From positions 1 to 43,803 of IMG/VR virus record IMGVR_UViG_3300048598_000512: 43,803 nucleotides of DNA. One strand, written 5' to 3'. This document shows, in pieces, positions 8,360 through 18,057 of the stretch (position 1 is the stretch's first letter; every line of letters starts with the position of its first letter). A program made the translations under genes and the position numbers. This DNA is from a virus (taxonomy: Duplodnaviria; Caudoviricetes). The notes beneath the pieces were generated by a model. The model searched no databases. It had not been told where the DNA came from and was given only the letters and a program-made list of their open reading frames with translations.

Positions 8360-8415
8360 TCATCTCGCGAAAAGGCGAAATGTTCTTGACTATGTTTATC
8401 GAATTAGATAAACAT
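8360..8415 (+). promoter_or_regulatory. PR-like promoter with two operators (OR1 8392-8415, OR2 8360-8383)
   Basis: -35 TTGACT at 8386-8391 followed by the perfect palindrome ATGTTTATC-N6-GATAAACAT. Confidence 0.85.
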
Positions 8416-8421
8416 GCAGTC

Positions 8422-8637
8422 ATGAACACATTCGAACCCGCTGAAATCATCCGTGAGGGCCTTGAGCGCACTGGTCTTTCCCAGCGTGAACTCTCCCTCA
8501 AGTCTGGGGTCTCTGAGGTCACCCTCAGCAGAATTTTGAATGGCCACAGCGAAGGCGGCGGCAAGACGCTCAAGAAGCTGCTTCCCTTCCTGCGACCGGC
8601 CCAGGCCTCGACCACCGAACCTCAACACTCGGTCTAG
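8422..8637 (+). CDS. Cro-like HTH (XRE) protein
   Basis: 71 aa, GLSQRELSLKSGVSEVTLSRILNG; divergent from cI. Confidence 0.88.
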   Translation: MNTFEPAEIIREGLERTGLSQRELSLKSGVSEVTLSRILNGHSEGGGKTLKKLLPFLRPAQASTTEPQHSV

Positions 8638-8647
8638 GAGCTCGGGC

Positions 8648-8839
8648 ATGGCGGGGAAAAAGGAAAAGAAGTTCGAGTTCCGTTGTGACGAGGACTTCTT
8701 CAACTGGCTCAACGCCCAGATTGCGATGTCGGATATGCGCTCCAGCGAATTCATCCGGGGAGCCCTCCTTTACGGGTCACCGCTCGTGAATGCGTTTCAG
8801 GGCATGAAGCCCAGCCTGGAGAATATCCGAGAAAAATGA
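8648..8839 (+). CDS. Small ribbon-helix-helix-like regulator (CII position)
   Basis: AGGAG SD; KKFEFRCDEDFFNWL...SSEFIRGAL strand-helix-helix pattern. Confidence 0.6.
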   Translation: MAGKKEKKFEFRCDEDFFNWLNAQIAMSDMRSSEFIRGALLYGSPLVNAFQGMKPSLENIREK

Positions 8840-8973
8840 GGAGGTCTGTCAGATAGTTGTCGGACAGCAGAAGAAAAAAGCGAATAGAGGCGCGTAGTTA
8901 AAAAATCTCTAGTGCCACAAAAAGCAGAAGCGCCTACGCGGGCAAGGCGAGGCGCTTCAAGGGGGACTCAAAG

Positions 8974-9450
8974 ATGACAGAGGCAACGTACTTCGATCTG
9001 GCCCAAGCCGTCAATGCCAAAGCGCAGGCCCAGGCGCTCTTGAATTCTCAGCTCCAGCCGCTGCGCGACCAGATGGATCAGCTCCTGCTCGGCCCGCTGG
9101 CCACGCAGATCACGGAGCTTGAAGGCAAGATCAACGCGCATTGCATCGCCAAGGCTGACGAGCTGCGCCGCCTGCAGGGCAAGGACACCGGAGCCGCTTC
9201 TTTCGTTGATGGCGGCCTCAAGGTGACCGTCACGCTTCCCAAGACCGTGAAGTGGGACAACGACCGCCTGGCCGAACTCGCGGCCAAGATGAAGGACTGC
9301 GGCGACGACCCGGCCCAATACCTCAAGCTGACCTACGGCGTCGACGAGCGCCGCTACAAGGAATGGCCGGACACGATTCAGGCCGCGTTCCTTCCCGCGC
9401 GCACCGTCACCACCGGCAAGCCCAAGATCGAGATCAAGGAGGCGAAGTAG
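8974..9450 (+). CDS. Conserved phage protein of the recombination module
   Basis: 158 aa, GGGGGA SD; PKTVKWD..L, VDERRYKEWP..PART pattern seen in genes preceding AAA_24 ATPases. Confidence 0.8.
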   Translation: MTEATYFDLAQAVNAKAQAQALLNSQLQPLRDQMDQLLLGPLATQITELEGKINAHCIAKADELRRLQGKDTGAASFVDGGLKVTVTLPKTVKWDNDRLAELAAKMKDCGDDPAQYLKLTYGVDERRYKEWPDTIQAAFLPARTVTTGKPKIEIKEAK

Positions 9451-9452
9451 CC

Positions 9453-9851
9453 ATGAACAGGACGCAGATCAACTATTTCGAGGAGCGCATGTTCCGCATC
9501 CAGAAATCGATCCTGGACCGCTTGGACAAGGAACTTCCCATGCGCGACAGGCCTGACAAGGTCGAACTGGCGGGAATGATCGCATCCGGAAAGGCACGCT
9601 TCAAGGAAGAGATGTTCACCGGGCCGAATTGCCCCTCCAGCATCTACCTGTTCGACGCCTTCGAGTTCCCCGGCGAGGACGACCGCCAGGCCTTCAACTC
9701 CGCTCGCGCTGCCGAGCAGGCAAAAATCGTCGCCAAGGTCAGGGAGGAGTGCCGCAAGCTCATAGACCAGTTCGTGCTGGAACGCATCACCTTCGAAGAG
9801 GCTGCCGCCAAGCTTGAGGGCATGAAGTTCTGGAAGAAGGGGGGCAAGTAG
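9453..9851 (+). CDS. Hypothetical protein
   Basis: AAGGAGG SD, ATG at 9453 (MNRTQINY), 132 aa. Confidence 0.75.
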   Translation: MNRTQINYFEERMFRIQKSILDRLDKELPMRDRPDKVELAGMIASGKARFKEEMFTGPNCPSSIYLFDAFEFPGEDDRQAFNSARAAEQAKIVAKVREECRKLIDQFVLERITFEEAAAKLEGMKFWKKGGK

Positions 9852-9853
9852 CC

Positions 9854-10702
9854 ATGCGCATCATCAGCGCCGACGAGCGCATCAACGAGAACAGCGGCAT
9901 CAAGGGCGTGATCTTCGGACCGGCCAAGATCGGCAAGACATCGCTGCTCTGGACCCTGGACGCGGCCACGACCCTGTTCGTGGACATGGAGGCCGGTGGC
10001 CTGAGCGTGCGCGACTGGAAGGGTGACAGCGTCGAGGTGACCGACTGGCAGACCGCCAAGAACCTCGCCTGCTGGCTCGGTGGCCCGGACATGGCCAGGG
10101 CCGGGACCATGGAGGACTACTCCGACGCCCACTACGCCCACGTCTGCCAGACCTACGGAGATCCGGCGATTCTGGCCAAGTACAAGACCATCTTCATCGA
10201 CTCCATCACCGTCCTGGGGCGCCTGTGCTTCGGCTGGTGCAAGCGCCAGCCCCAGGCGTTCAGCGAGAAGACCGGCAAGCCGGACACCCGCGGGGCATAC
10301 GGCCTGCACGGGCAGGAGATGATCGGCATCCTCACCCGCTTTCAGCGCGCCAAGGGCAAGAGCGTGTGGCTGGTCGGCCTGCTCGACGAGAAGACCGACG
10401 ACTACGGCCGCAAGACCTATCAGGCCCAGATCGACGGCAGCAAGACCGGCCTGGAGCTGCCCGGCATCGTCGACCAGGTCATCACCATGGCAGCGCTTCC
10501 GGACGGCGAGGGCAAGCTGCAGCGCCAGTTCGTCTGCTCCAACCCCAACGACTTCGGCTTCCCCGCGGGCGACCGCTCGGGCGCGCTCAACACCATTGAG
10601 CCCGCGCACCTGGGCAAGCTCATGGACAAGATCCTGGCGGGCATGGCGACCAGCCCGGCCACGAACCTCACCTACACCAACCCCACCACCACGGAGGAAT
10701 AG
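9854..10702 (+). CDS. AAA_24 / Sak4-like ATPase (putative single-strand annealing recombinase)
   Basis: Walker A GPAKIGKT, FVDMEAG, Walker B IFIDSIT; followed by an SSB-like gene. Confidence 0.85.
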   Translation: MRIISADERINENSGIKGVIFGPAKIGKTSLLWTLDAATTLFVDMEAGGLSVRDWKGDSVEVTDWQTAKNLACWLGGPDMARAGTMEDYSDAHYAHVCQTYGDPAILAKYKTIFIDSITVLGRLCFGWCKRQPQAFSEKTGKPDTRGAYGLHGQEMIGILTRFQRAKGKSVWLVGLLDEKTDDYGRKTYQAQIDGSKTGLELPGIVDQVITMAALPDGEGKLQRQFVCSNPNDFGFPAGDRSGALNTIEPAHLGKLMDKILAGMATSPATNLTYTNPTTTEE

Positions 10703-10706
10703 CATC

Positions 10707-11450
10707 ATGGCTTCCAACAGCGACAACTTCTTCGATTTCAGCAACGCCGACGACCAGCGCGAATTCTCCGGGGAACCGATCCCCGGCGGGACCATCGCCC
10801 TGTTCAAGATGAACATCCGCCGGCCGAAGCCCGAGCAGGCCGCGCAGCACCCCATGGTGACCAAGTCCAAGACCAGCGCCTTCCAGTACCTGGACTGCGA
10901 GTTCGAATGCGTGTCCGGATCTCTCAAGGGCCGCAAGTTCTGGCAGAACATGGGTGTCGGCGGCGATGGCTCGGACGGCCACACCAAGGCCATCAACATC
11001 ACCCGCGCCACCTTCAAGGCCATGCTCCAGGCCGCGCGCAACGTCGCCCCCGGCGACAACAGCCCGGCGGCGCAGGCCGCCCTCATCATCAAGGGCTTCG
11101 AGGACCTGGACGGCCTGACCTTCCCCGTGAAGGTCGGCTACGAGAAGCCGCAGGCCGGATACACCAACGTGCGCAACTGCATCCGCGCGATCGTCACCCC
11201 CGACAAGCAGGAATACGGCGCCGTCATGGCCGGAGGCGAGGTCCTGGGCTCCGAGCCCGCGCCTTCCGCCCCCGCGGCCGCTGCTGCTGCCCCCGCCGCC
11301 ACCGGCGGGTGGGCTGCTCCTGCTGCCGCCGCTCCCGCGGCTCCTTCCCCCGGCTGGTCCCCCGGCGCTCCTCCCGCCGGTTCGGCCCCCGTGCCTCCCG
11401 CCGCCCAGGGCGGCTTGCCTGGCGCCTCTGTCCCCGCCTGGGCGCGGTAG
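10707..11450 (+). CDS. Putative single-stranded DNA-binding protein
   Basis: GGAGG SD; YLDCEF..V.G..KGRKFWQN OB-like core; Ala/Pro-rich tail ending PAWAR; position after Sak4-like gene. Confidence 0.65.
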   Translation: MASNSDNFFDFSNADDQREFSGEPIPGGTIALFKMNIRRPKPEQAAQHPMVTKSKTSAFQYLDCEFECVSGSLKGRKFWQNMGVGGDGSDGHTKAINITRATFKAMLQAARNVAPGDNSPAAQAALIIKGFEDLDGLTFPVKVGYEKPQAGYTNVRNCIRAIVTPDKQEYGAVMAGGEVLGSEPAPSAPAAAAAAPAATGGWAAPAAAAPAAPSPGWSPGAPPAGSAPVPPAAQGGLPGASVPAWAR

Positions 11451-11463
11451 GCACTCATCACTC

Positions 11464-11485
11464 GGAGGGGCCTTCGGGCCCCTCC
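11464..11485 (+). other. GC-rich UUCG hairpin without U-tract before the helicase RBS
   Basis: GGAGGGGCC-TTCG-GGCCCCTCC. Confidence 0.6.
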
Positions 11486-11501
11486 CCTCCGGGGGGAGAC
11501 C

Positions 11502-13220
11502 ATGATTCTCAGACCATACCAGACCCGCTTCGTTGAAAAGATGAACGCCGCGCTCAAGGAGAAGGGCAACTCCCTGGGCATCGCGGCGACGGGCGCGGGC
11601 AAGACCATCATGCTGGCCGCCGTTACCAAGCGCGTGCGCAAGAAGGGCAAGGCGCTCATCCTGCAGCACCGCGACGAGCTGGTCGATCAGAACCTCCGCA
11701 AATTTCTCAAGGTGAACCCCGGCGAGCGCTGCTCGCTGTTCACCGCCGACGTGAAGTCCTGGCACGGCGACACGGTGTTCGCTATGCAGCAGACCCTGGC
11801 GCGCAACCTGGACCGCATGCCCAAGTTCGACGTGTGCGTGGTCGACGAGGCCCACCACATCGCAGCCCCGACCTATGCCCGCATCATCGAGGCCGTGCGC
11901 AACATCAATCCGGACTGCAAGCTGGCGGGCTTCACGGCTACGCCCGAGCGTGGGGACCGGACCTCTCTGCGCCGCTGGTTCGACAACGTGGCCGACAAGG
12001 TGACGATCCGTGAACTCGTGAGCCTCGGCTTCCTCGTGCCGCCCAGGGCCTTTGTCATTTCCGTCGGCTCCTCGCGCGAGGACCTTCAGGCCCTGGGCCG
12101 CGTGACGGGCTTCGAGCAGGACAAGGTCGCCGCGGTGCTCAACAACGTGGCCGTGACCTCGGAAGTGCTGCGCAACTGGAAGGAGAAGGCCCACGACAGG
12201 CCCACCGTCGTGTTTTGCGCTACCGTGCAGCATGCCCAGGACATGGCGGCCGCATACCGTGAAGCCGGGGTGGCCGCGGCCTGCGTGCATGGCGATATGC
12301 CCGACTGGGAGCGCGAGCACGTCCTCAAGGACTTCGACAAGGGCAAGCTGCAGGTCATCACCAACTGCATGGTGCTGACCGAGGGCTGGGACTGCCAGCC
12401 GGTCAGCTGCGTGGTGCTCCTGCGCCAGTGCTCGGAGAAGGGCCCGCTGATCCAGATGGCCGGCCGCGGCCTGCGCACCGTTGACCCGGAGATGTACCCG
12501 GGCGTGCGCAAGAGCGACTGCGTCATCCTCGACTTCGGCACCAGCATCCTGACGCACGGCAACCTGGATCAGGATGATGGCCTGCACGATGAATCCGAAA
12601 AGACCCCGGGCGAGGCCCAGACGAAGACCTGCCCGCTCGACGGTGACTGCGACTACATCTTCCCCGACCGCAACGGGAAGACCGGGTGTGGCGCCGAGCT
12701 GCCGGTGCAGACGCGCACGTGCCCCATCTGCGGCTTCCTCTTCGAGCGTTCGGATGGCAAGGAGACCGAAGTCACCGAAGTCGACCTGACCGAGATGGAC
12801 ATCCTGAACGCCAGCCCCTTCCGCTGGGTGGATCTGTTCGGCTCCGGCAAGGTCATGATCGCGACCGGGTTCGCCGCCTGGGTGGGCATCTTCAGCGCGG
12901 ACGGCGACACCTTCCACGCCCTGGGCAAGCAGAACGGCTCCTACATCCTGCACAAGCTGGCCTTCACCGACCGCCTGCACGCCATGGTAGCCGCTGACGA
13001 CTTCCTGCGCGAGCACGAGACGGACTCGGCCGCGCGCAAGAGCAAGCGCTGGCTGAACGACGGTGCCTCGGACAAGCAGATCGAGATCCTGAACCGCTTC
13101 GGCTACGGCATCACGCCCGACATGCTCGGGAACTCCTGCTTCACCAAGTACACGGCCAGCTGCCACGCGACATTCCAATTCAACCGCCGCGCCATTGAGG
13201 GCGCTCTGGGGGTCTCATGA
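11502..13220 (+). CDS. SF2 DEAH helicase (RadD/YejH-like) with C-terminal Zn finger
   Basis: LRPYQ, ATGAGKT, DEAHH, TATPER, LTEGWD, QMAGRGLR, CP..C and CPICG. Confidence 0.93.
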   Translation: MILRPYQTRFVEKMNAALKEKGNSLGIAATGAGKTIMLAAVTKRVRKKGKALILQHRDELVDQNLRKFLKVNPGERCSLFTADVKSWHGDTVFAMQQTLARNLDRMPKFDVCVVDEAHHIAAPTYARIIEAVRNINPDCKLAGFTATPERGDRTSLRRWFDNVADKVTIRELVSLGFLVPPRAFVISVGSSREDLQALGRVTGFEQDKVAAVLNNVAVTSEVLRNWKEKAHDRPTVVFCATVQHAQDMAAAYREAGVAAACVHGDMPDWEREHVLKDFDKGKLQVITNCMVLTEGWDCQPVSCVVLLRQCSEKGPLIQMAGRGLRTVDPEMYPGVRKSDCVILDFGTSILTHGNLDQDDGLHDESEKTPGEAQTKTCPLDGDCDYIFPDRNGKTGCGAELPVQTRTCPICGFLFERSDGKETEVTEVDLTEMDILNASPFRWVDLFGSGKVMIATGFAAWVGIFSADGDTFHALGKQNGSYILHKLAFTDRLHAMVAADDFLREHETDSAARKSKRWLNDGASDKQIEILNRFGYGITPDMLGNSCFTKYTASCHATFQFNRRAIEGALGVS

Positions 13221-13420
13221 ACTTTGATCTGCCGACTCTCGCCGGACGCCTCAGTGGTTCCGGCATCATCGACAAGCGCGTGGCCGACATGACCAAAGAA
13301 GAGGCCCTGGAGCTCTGCGACGCCGTGTTGGACGCGGCCAGCCAGCGCACACTGTTCATCAAAGCCGTCGGTTCGGACCTGGCCGGGAAGGTCGGGCTCG
13401 TCGACGACGTGCCGTTCTGA
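13217..13420 (+). CDS. Hypothetical protein (67 aa)
   Basis: ATGA coupling to the helicase; ends DDVPF. Confidence 0.65.
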   Translation: MNFDLPTLAGRLSGSGIIDKRVADMTKEEALELCDAVLDAASQRTLFIKAVGSDLAGKVGLVDDVPF

Positions 13421-13608
13421 TGGACTGCGCCGAGGTAATCAAGGCGCACTCGAAGTTCTGCAAGAAGATGTGCGCCAGCTTCCACGAGAAGCCGAGTCCC
13501 GGATGGTGCGGGATGGCGTTCATGCACATGATGAATGGCCACCAAGGTCAGGGCAAGTGCCCTTGGCAGGATGAAGAAATTCTCAGGTACACAGGGGGAA
13601 AACGATGA
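13420..13608 (+). CDS. Small Cys-rich hypothetical protein (62 aa)
   Basis: TGATG and ATGA overlaps on both sides. Confidence 0.55.
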   Translation: MDCAEVIKAHSKFCKKMCASFHEKPSPGWCGMAFMHMMNGHQGQGKCPWQDEEILRYTGGKR

Positions 13609-14357
13609 ACGACTACAGCAGCCTTTTCGATCTTCGGCACAGGCTCTCGCTTTCCGAAACGCTGGACGAACTGCTGGGCGCGCCCCTGCAGCGTGAGCGT
13701 CAGGAGCAGGGCCAGCGCGCCTACCTCGGGGCGTCGATCATCGGCCGGCCGTGTCCGCGCGCGATCCAGTACAGCTTCCTCGGCACGCCCCAGGACCCGG
13801 GCAGCGAGTTCACCGGCCAGAAGCTGCGCATCTTCCACCGCGGCCACGAGGGCGAGAAGTGGATGATCCGCTGGTTCCGCCAGGCCGGGTTCGACCTGCG
13901 CACCGAGAAGAAGCAGAACGGCGAGCAGTTCGGCTTTGAGGCCTGCGATGGCAGGTTCAGCGGCCACTGCGACGGCGTGTTCTGCGCTGGCCCGACCATC
14001 ATGCTGTACCCGGCCCTCTGGGAGAACAAGGTCCTCGGCGCCAAGGGCATCGCCAAGCTGAAGAAGGACGGGCTCAAGACCGCCTACCCTGAATACTGGG
14101 CCCAGGTGCAGATCTACATGGCGTACATGGGCCTGGAGGCCAACCCGGCGCTTTTCACCGCGCTCAACGCCGACACCATGGAGATCCACGCCGAGCAGGT
14201 CTCCTTCGACGCGTCCGAGGCGCAGCGCGTGTCCGACCGGGCCGTCACCGTTCTGCGCGCCTGCGATGCCGGTGTGCAGCTGCCGCGCATTGCCCAGAAC
14301 GCGGATTTTTTCGTTTGCAAGTGGTGCGACTTCGCGCAGCGCTGCTGGGCGGCGTAG
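13605..14357 (+). CDS. PD-(D/E)xK exonuclease, Cas4-like fold
   Basis: YLGASIIGRPCPR, GHCDG, WENK, QVQIYM, C-terminal CKWCDFAQRC (four-Cys arrangement). Confidence 0.85.
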   Translation: MNDYSSLFDLRHRLSLSETLDELLGAPLQRERQEQGQRAYLGASIIGRPCPRAIQYSFLGTPQDPGSEFTGQKLRIFHRGHEGEKWMIRWFRQAGFDLRTEKKQNGEQFGFEACDGRFSGHCDGVFCAGPTIMLYPALWENKVLGAKGIAKLKKDGLKTAYPEYWAQVQIYMAYMGLEANPALFTALNADTMEIHAEQVSFDASEAQRVSDRAVTVLRACDAGVQLPRIAQNADFFVCKWCDFAQRCWAA

Positions 14358-14366
14358 GGGGCCATC

Positions 14367-16550
14367 ATGGGCGACGTCGTCAACTTCTTCGACTTCCGGG
14401 ATGCACCACCCCAGCAGGCCGACACGGCCGGGGCCCGGTCGTTCACTGACCCGGTCGGCGAGTTCCAGGACGCGCTCGATGCCGCCGGGTACGGCCGGCC
14501 GGACATCAGGGCAGGGGGCATTGAGCGCTTCTCCGTGCCCGGCGACAAGCCGGGCAGCAAGAACGGCTGGTTCATCTTCTACCCGGACGGCATCCCGGCC
14601 GGGGCCTTCGGCTCCTGGAAGACCGGGGACTCGCAGGAATGGTGCGCCAGGGCCGTGCACGACATCAGCCCGGTCGAACGCGAGGCCAACCGCCGCCGCA
14701 TGGTCGAGGCCATGGCCAGGCGTGACGAGGAGCTGGCCAAGAGCCGGGTGCTCGCCGCCGAGCGCGCCGCGTTCCTCTGGGAGCGCGCCAAGCCTGCCCA
14801 CGCGCACGCCTACCTCTCCACCAAGGGCGTGGCCGCCCACGGCCTCAAGGTCGACGAGCACGGCAACCTGGTCGTGCCGCTCATGGATCGCACCGGCAAG
14901 ATCCACTCGCTGCAGTTCATCAAGCCGGACGGTGCCAAGCTGTTCCTCACCGGAGGCGCCAAGAAGGGCAACGCCTTCTGGATTCCCGGCGACCCGGCCA
15001 AGGCCGTCTACATCGCCGAGGGCTACGCCACGGCCGCCAGCGTGCACGCCGCGACGGGTGCCACGGTGTTCGTGGCCTTCGATGCGGGCAACCTGGGCCC
15101 CGTGGCCCAGGAGGTGCGCGCCACGATGCCCACGGCGCGCATCATCATCGCCGCGGACAATGACGCCTGGACGGACGGCAACCCGGGCCTGAGCGCCGCG
15201 CAGGAGGCCGCCATGGCCGTCGGCGGATCGGTGGTCATGCCGAGCTTCAAGGACGTGGCCACGCGACCGACAGACTTCAACGACCTGCATCACCTGGAGG
15301 GCCTGGACGTGGTGACAACGCAGATCACCGGGGCCAGCATGCCCGGGCAACGGCCCCTTGATGTCAGCGCCTGGGGCGTCGACAGCTTCACGGGCGAGGT
15401 CCCGGAGCGCCGCTGGCTTGTTGAGGGCGTGCTCCCCATGTCCACGGCCGTCATGCTCGCCAGCATGGGCGACGCGGGCAAAGGCATGCTCACCCTGGAC
15501 CTGGCGCTCAAGGTGGCCGGCGGCGACGGCAGCATGTTCGACTTCAATTCCGGCTCCAAGGGCTGGTGGGGGCACGACGTGCTCACCCAGGGCGAAGCGG
15601 TAATCATCACCGCAGAGGACGACCGCGACGAGATGCATCGCCGCATGGCGGGCATGGACCCCAAGGGCAAGCGGCGCGAGGCCGCGCGCGGGAAACTGTT
15701 TGTGGTTCCCCTGCCGAACTACGGCGGCCCCATGCCGCTCGTGGTCATGGGCAAGCACGGGCCCGAGGCCTCCGAGTCATGGTGGCGCCTGCGCGACGAG
15801 CTCGCCAAGTTCCAAAACCTCAAGCTGGTCAACCTCGACCCGCTGGCCAGCTTCATTATGGCCGACCTGAACGCCGACCCCATGGTCGGAGCCTTCACCA
15901 CGGGCCTATTCGCCTCCCTGGCCAGCGAGAGCGGGGCCGTGGTCATGCTCGCGCACCACATGCGCAAGGCGGGCGGCAAGGACGGCAAGCAGACGCTCTC
16001 CCCGGCGGCCATGCGCGACGCCGTGCGCGGCACCACGGCCCTGGTCGACGGCGTGCGCTGCCTCATCGGCCTAGCCGTCGAGGAGAGCTCCAAGGCGCGC
16101 AAGGTCTGCAAGAAGCTGGGCGAGGAGTGGGCCCCGAACAAGGTCTTCCGCGGGGCAGTCTGCAAAAGCAACGGCCCGGCTGACCGCGGCATGCCCACCT
16201 TCGTGCGCAACGCCAACGGGCTGCTGGTGTGCCGTGACGCCGAGCTGCAAGGCTTCGCCAGCGAGAATGACCTCCTGGGCACCCTGCAGGCCGACATCGC
16301 CAAGGCGGCGAAGGATGGCCGCCCGTTCACCAAGTCCGGCAAGAACGGCGTGCACGAGCGCATCGAGGAGCTTTCGAACGAGCTGCAGGACATCAGCCGC
16401 GACCGCGTGCGCAAGCTCGTCGACCAGCTCCTCACCGACAAGGCCATCGTCAAGCCCAACTACAAGGGCCGGATCTGCGCCTTCCTCGACGTGCCCGACG
16501 GTCCTTTCAGCATGGGAATCGGCGAATTTGCCATGGGGTACGCCGAATGA
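14367..16550 (+). CDS. Primase-helicase (TOPRIM plus RepA/AAA_25 helicase)
   Basis: SLQFI, IAEGYATA, AADND, TDFNDL (TOPRIM); GDAGKG, TAEDD, LDPL, AHHMRK, RGTTALVD (RepA-type helicase). Confidence 0.92.
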   Translation: MGDVVNFFDFRDAPPQQADTAGARSFTDPVGEFQDALDAAGYGRPDIRAGGIERFSVPGDKPGSKNGWFIFYPDGIPAGAFGSWKTGDSQEWCARAVHDISPVEREANRRRMVEAMARRDEELAKSRVLAAERAAFLWERAKPAHAHAYLSTKGVAAHGLKVDEHGNLVVPLMDRTGKIHSLQFIKPDGAKLFLTGGAKKGNAFWIPGDPAKAVYIAEGYATAASVHAATGATVFVAFDAGNLGPVAQEVRATMPTARIIIAADNDAWTDGNPGLSAAQEAAMAVGGSVVMPSFKDVATRPTDFNDLHHLEGLDVVTTQITGASMPGQRPLDVSAWGVDSFTGEVPERRWLVEGVLPMSTAVMLASMGDAGKGMLTLDLALKVAGGDGSMFDFNSGSKGWWGHDVLTQGEAVIITAEDDRDEMHRRMAGMDPKGKRREAARGKLFVVPLPNYGGPMPLVVMGKHGPEASESWWRLRDELAKFQNLKLVNLDPLASFIMADLNADPMVGAFTTGLFASLASESGAVVMLAHHMRKAGGKDGKQTLSPAAMRDAVRGTTALVDGVRCLIGLAVEESSKARKVCKKLGEEWAPNKVFRGAVCKSNGPADRGMPTFVRNANGLLVCRDAELQGFASENDLLGTLQADIAKAAKDGRPFTKSGKNGVHERIEELSNELQDISRDRVRKLVDQLLTDKAIVKPNYKGRICAFLDVPDGPFSMGIGEFAMGYAE

Positions 16551-16554
16551 ACGC

Positions 16555-16819
16555 CATGACGGCCACTTGTCCTTTTATTCCATGCGACTACACGCGCATG
16601 ACGGCCCATGACGGTCCGTTCCTGACATATAGCAAACCAAGCATAAGCCATGACGGCCCGTTCCTGAAATCGGTCATGACGGCCATTACGGAGCAGGTCA
16701 AAAATTTCAGGAACGTCCTACTGCGAGTAGGGCTAGAGCCCGTTACGGAAATGGCCGTTCCTGACGACACCCCGGAACGCCCGCAAACCGTTGGGACAGT
16801 AGGCCATGACGGATTACGG
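16555..16819. repeat. Iteron-like cluster, candidate replication origin
   Basis: Six exact CATGACGG (16555, 16597, 16607, 16649, 16675, 16805), TTACGG variants and three CCGTTCCTGA, directly after the primase-helicase. Confidence 0.65.
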
Positions 16820-16931
16820 ATTTCTCCCCCTACGGGGGGGAGTGTCCCGTAACAGACGGACACCCCCCAGCACACCGTGAAGAGCGCGACCGACCGGAAC
16901 GAACACGAGTAACACGAAAGGATGAAATGAT

Positions 16932-17330
16932 ATGCAGCTTGCCTTGTGCCTCCCTTTCCCGACCATAGCCGGAAACCATCAGCACGGGATCAACTGGAAA
17001 TCGAAGCGTGTGTTCACCGTGGCCAAAATCAAAACCTACCGGCTCGCGGTCAAGTCGGCCGCGCTCACCGACGGCTATCGTGGAGGGCCCAGGTTCGGCC
17101 CGGGCGTGCACCTGGACGTGAAAGTGCACCTGCATCCGCCCGACAAGCGCAGGCGCGACCAGGACAACGCCGAGAAGGTGTTCTTCGACGCCTGCACGAA
17201 GGCCGGCATTTGGGCCGATGACTCGCAGATCAAGCACAAGGACGTGACATGGGGAGAGCCGGTTAAGGGCGGGCTTGTCCGCCTGGAGGTCAAAGCCACG
17301 GAGAAACAATCCGCGGAGCCGCGAGCCTGA
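16932..17330 (+). CDS. rusA: RusA Holliday junction resolvase
   Basis: PPDKRRRDQDNAEK..FDA..KAGIWADDSQI signature. Confidence 0.92.
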   Translation: MQLALCLPFPTIAGNHQHGINWKSKRVFTVAKIKTYRLAVKSAALTDGYRGGPRFGPGVHLDVKVHLHPPDKRRRDQDNAEKVFFDACTKAGIWADDSQIKHKDVTWGEPVKGGLVRLEVKATEKQSAEPRA

Positions 17331-17386
17331 GCTTCGCTGGCGGAAACAATCCCATGCACGAGCAAAACAAAAAGGAGCACCACGAC

Positions 17387-17968
17387 ATGACGCAGCCCGC
17401 CCGCAACCTGATCGACGACGAGCCCCTGTTCCAGAACGTCGGGAGCGCCCTGGCCTTCGCCTTCAACTACTCGGCCCAGTTCCCGCAGACCGCGATCGGC
17501 AAGATGATGCGCGAAGCCCTGGGCCGCGGTAGCCGTCCGCAGGGACGGGGGCTTGCCGGGCTCGATGGTGCTGGCCAGGCCGGAATGATGCTCGCCGAGG
17601 TCGACAGGCTGCCCGGCCTGATGCCGGTGATGCTGCGCCTGCGCTTCGGCTCCTGCGAGGATCAGTGCCCCGACTACATGGAGAAGCAGCCGTGTCAGGA
17701 GTGGACGGACGCCCTGGGCACCCTGACCCGTTCGATCGAGGCGCGCTTGGTCAACGACCCGATGCTCCGGCGCTTCATCGTGGCGCAGCTCGTGCGCGGT
17801 GTCTCCGTCAGCAAGATCACCACCTACGAGCCCATCGCTGTCATCTGCGACCGCGCCCCGCGCACGCTGCGCCGCCACATTGCGGAGCTGCGCGACCAGC
17901 TGCGCATTCTTGCCGAGGACGCGCTGAGCGCGGCAGAAGACCGCTTCGTCGAGCTGGGGTGGATATAA
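17387..17968 (+). CDS. Putative late-gene regulator (antiterminator Q position)
   Basis: AAGGAG SD before ATG 17387; last early gene before terminator and terminase; C-terminal HTH-like IAVICDRAPRTLRRH. Confidence 0.55.
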   Translation: MTQPARNLIDDEPLFQNVGSALAFAFNYSAQFPQTAIGKMMREALGRGSRPQGRGLAGLDGAGQAGMMLAEVDRLPGLMPVMLRLRFGSCEDQCPDYMEKQPCQEWTDALGTLTRSIEARLVNDPMLRRFIVAQLVRGVSVSKITTYEPIAVICDRAPRTLRRHIAELRDQLRILAEDALSAAEDRFVELGWI

Positions 17969-17996
17969 AAAATAGACACCTCGTCTCGACTTTTTC

Positions 17997-18038
17997 TTGA
18001 CAATGGCCAAAAAGAGGCCCAAAAGTGGCCCTAACGAT
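17997..18038 (+). promoter_or_regulatory. Candidate late promoter (PR'-like)
   Basis: TTGACA at 17997, repeated GGCC(C)AAAAG, weak -10, AACGAT at 18033. Confidence 0.45.
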
Positions 18039-18057
18039 CATGCTTACAAATGCGCCG

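Noticed and set aside
13605-14357. Cas4-like nuclease as evidence of a CRISPR system
   Set aside because: It sits in a normal phage recombination/replication module with no cas1/cas2 or array.
16547-16852. 101-aa ORF after the primase-helicase
   Set aside because: Its repeated MTA and HDG words derive from the CATGACGG repeats read in different frames, so a cis element explains it better; not fully excluded because it has an ATGA overlap.
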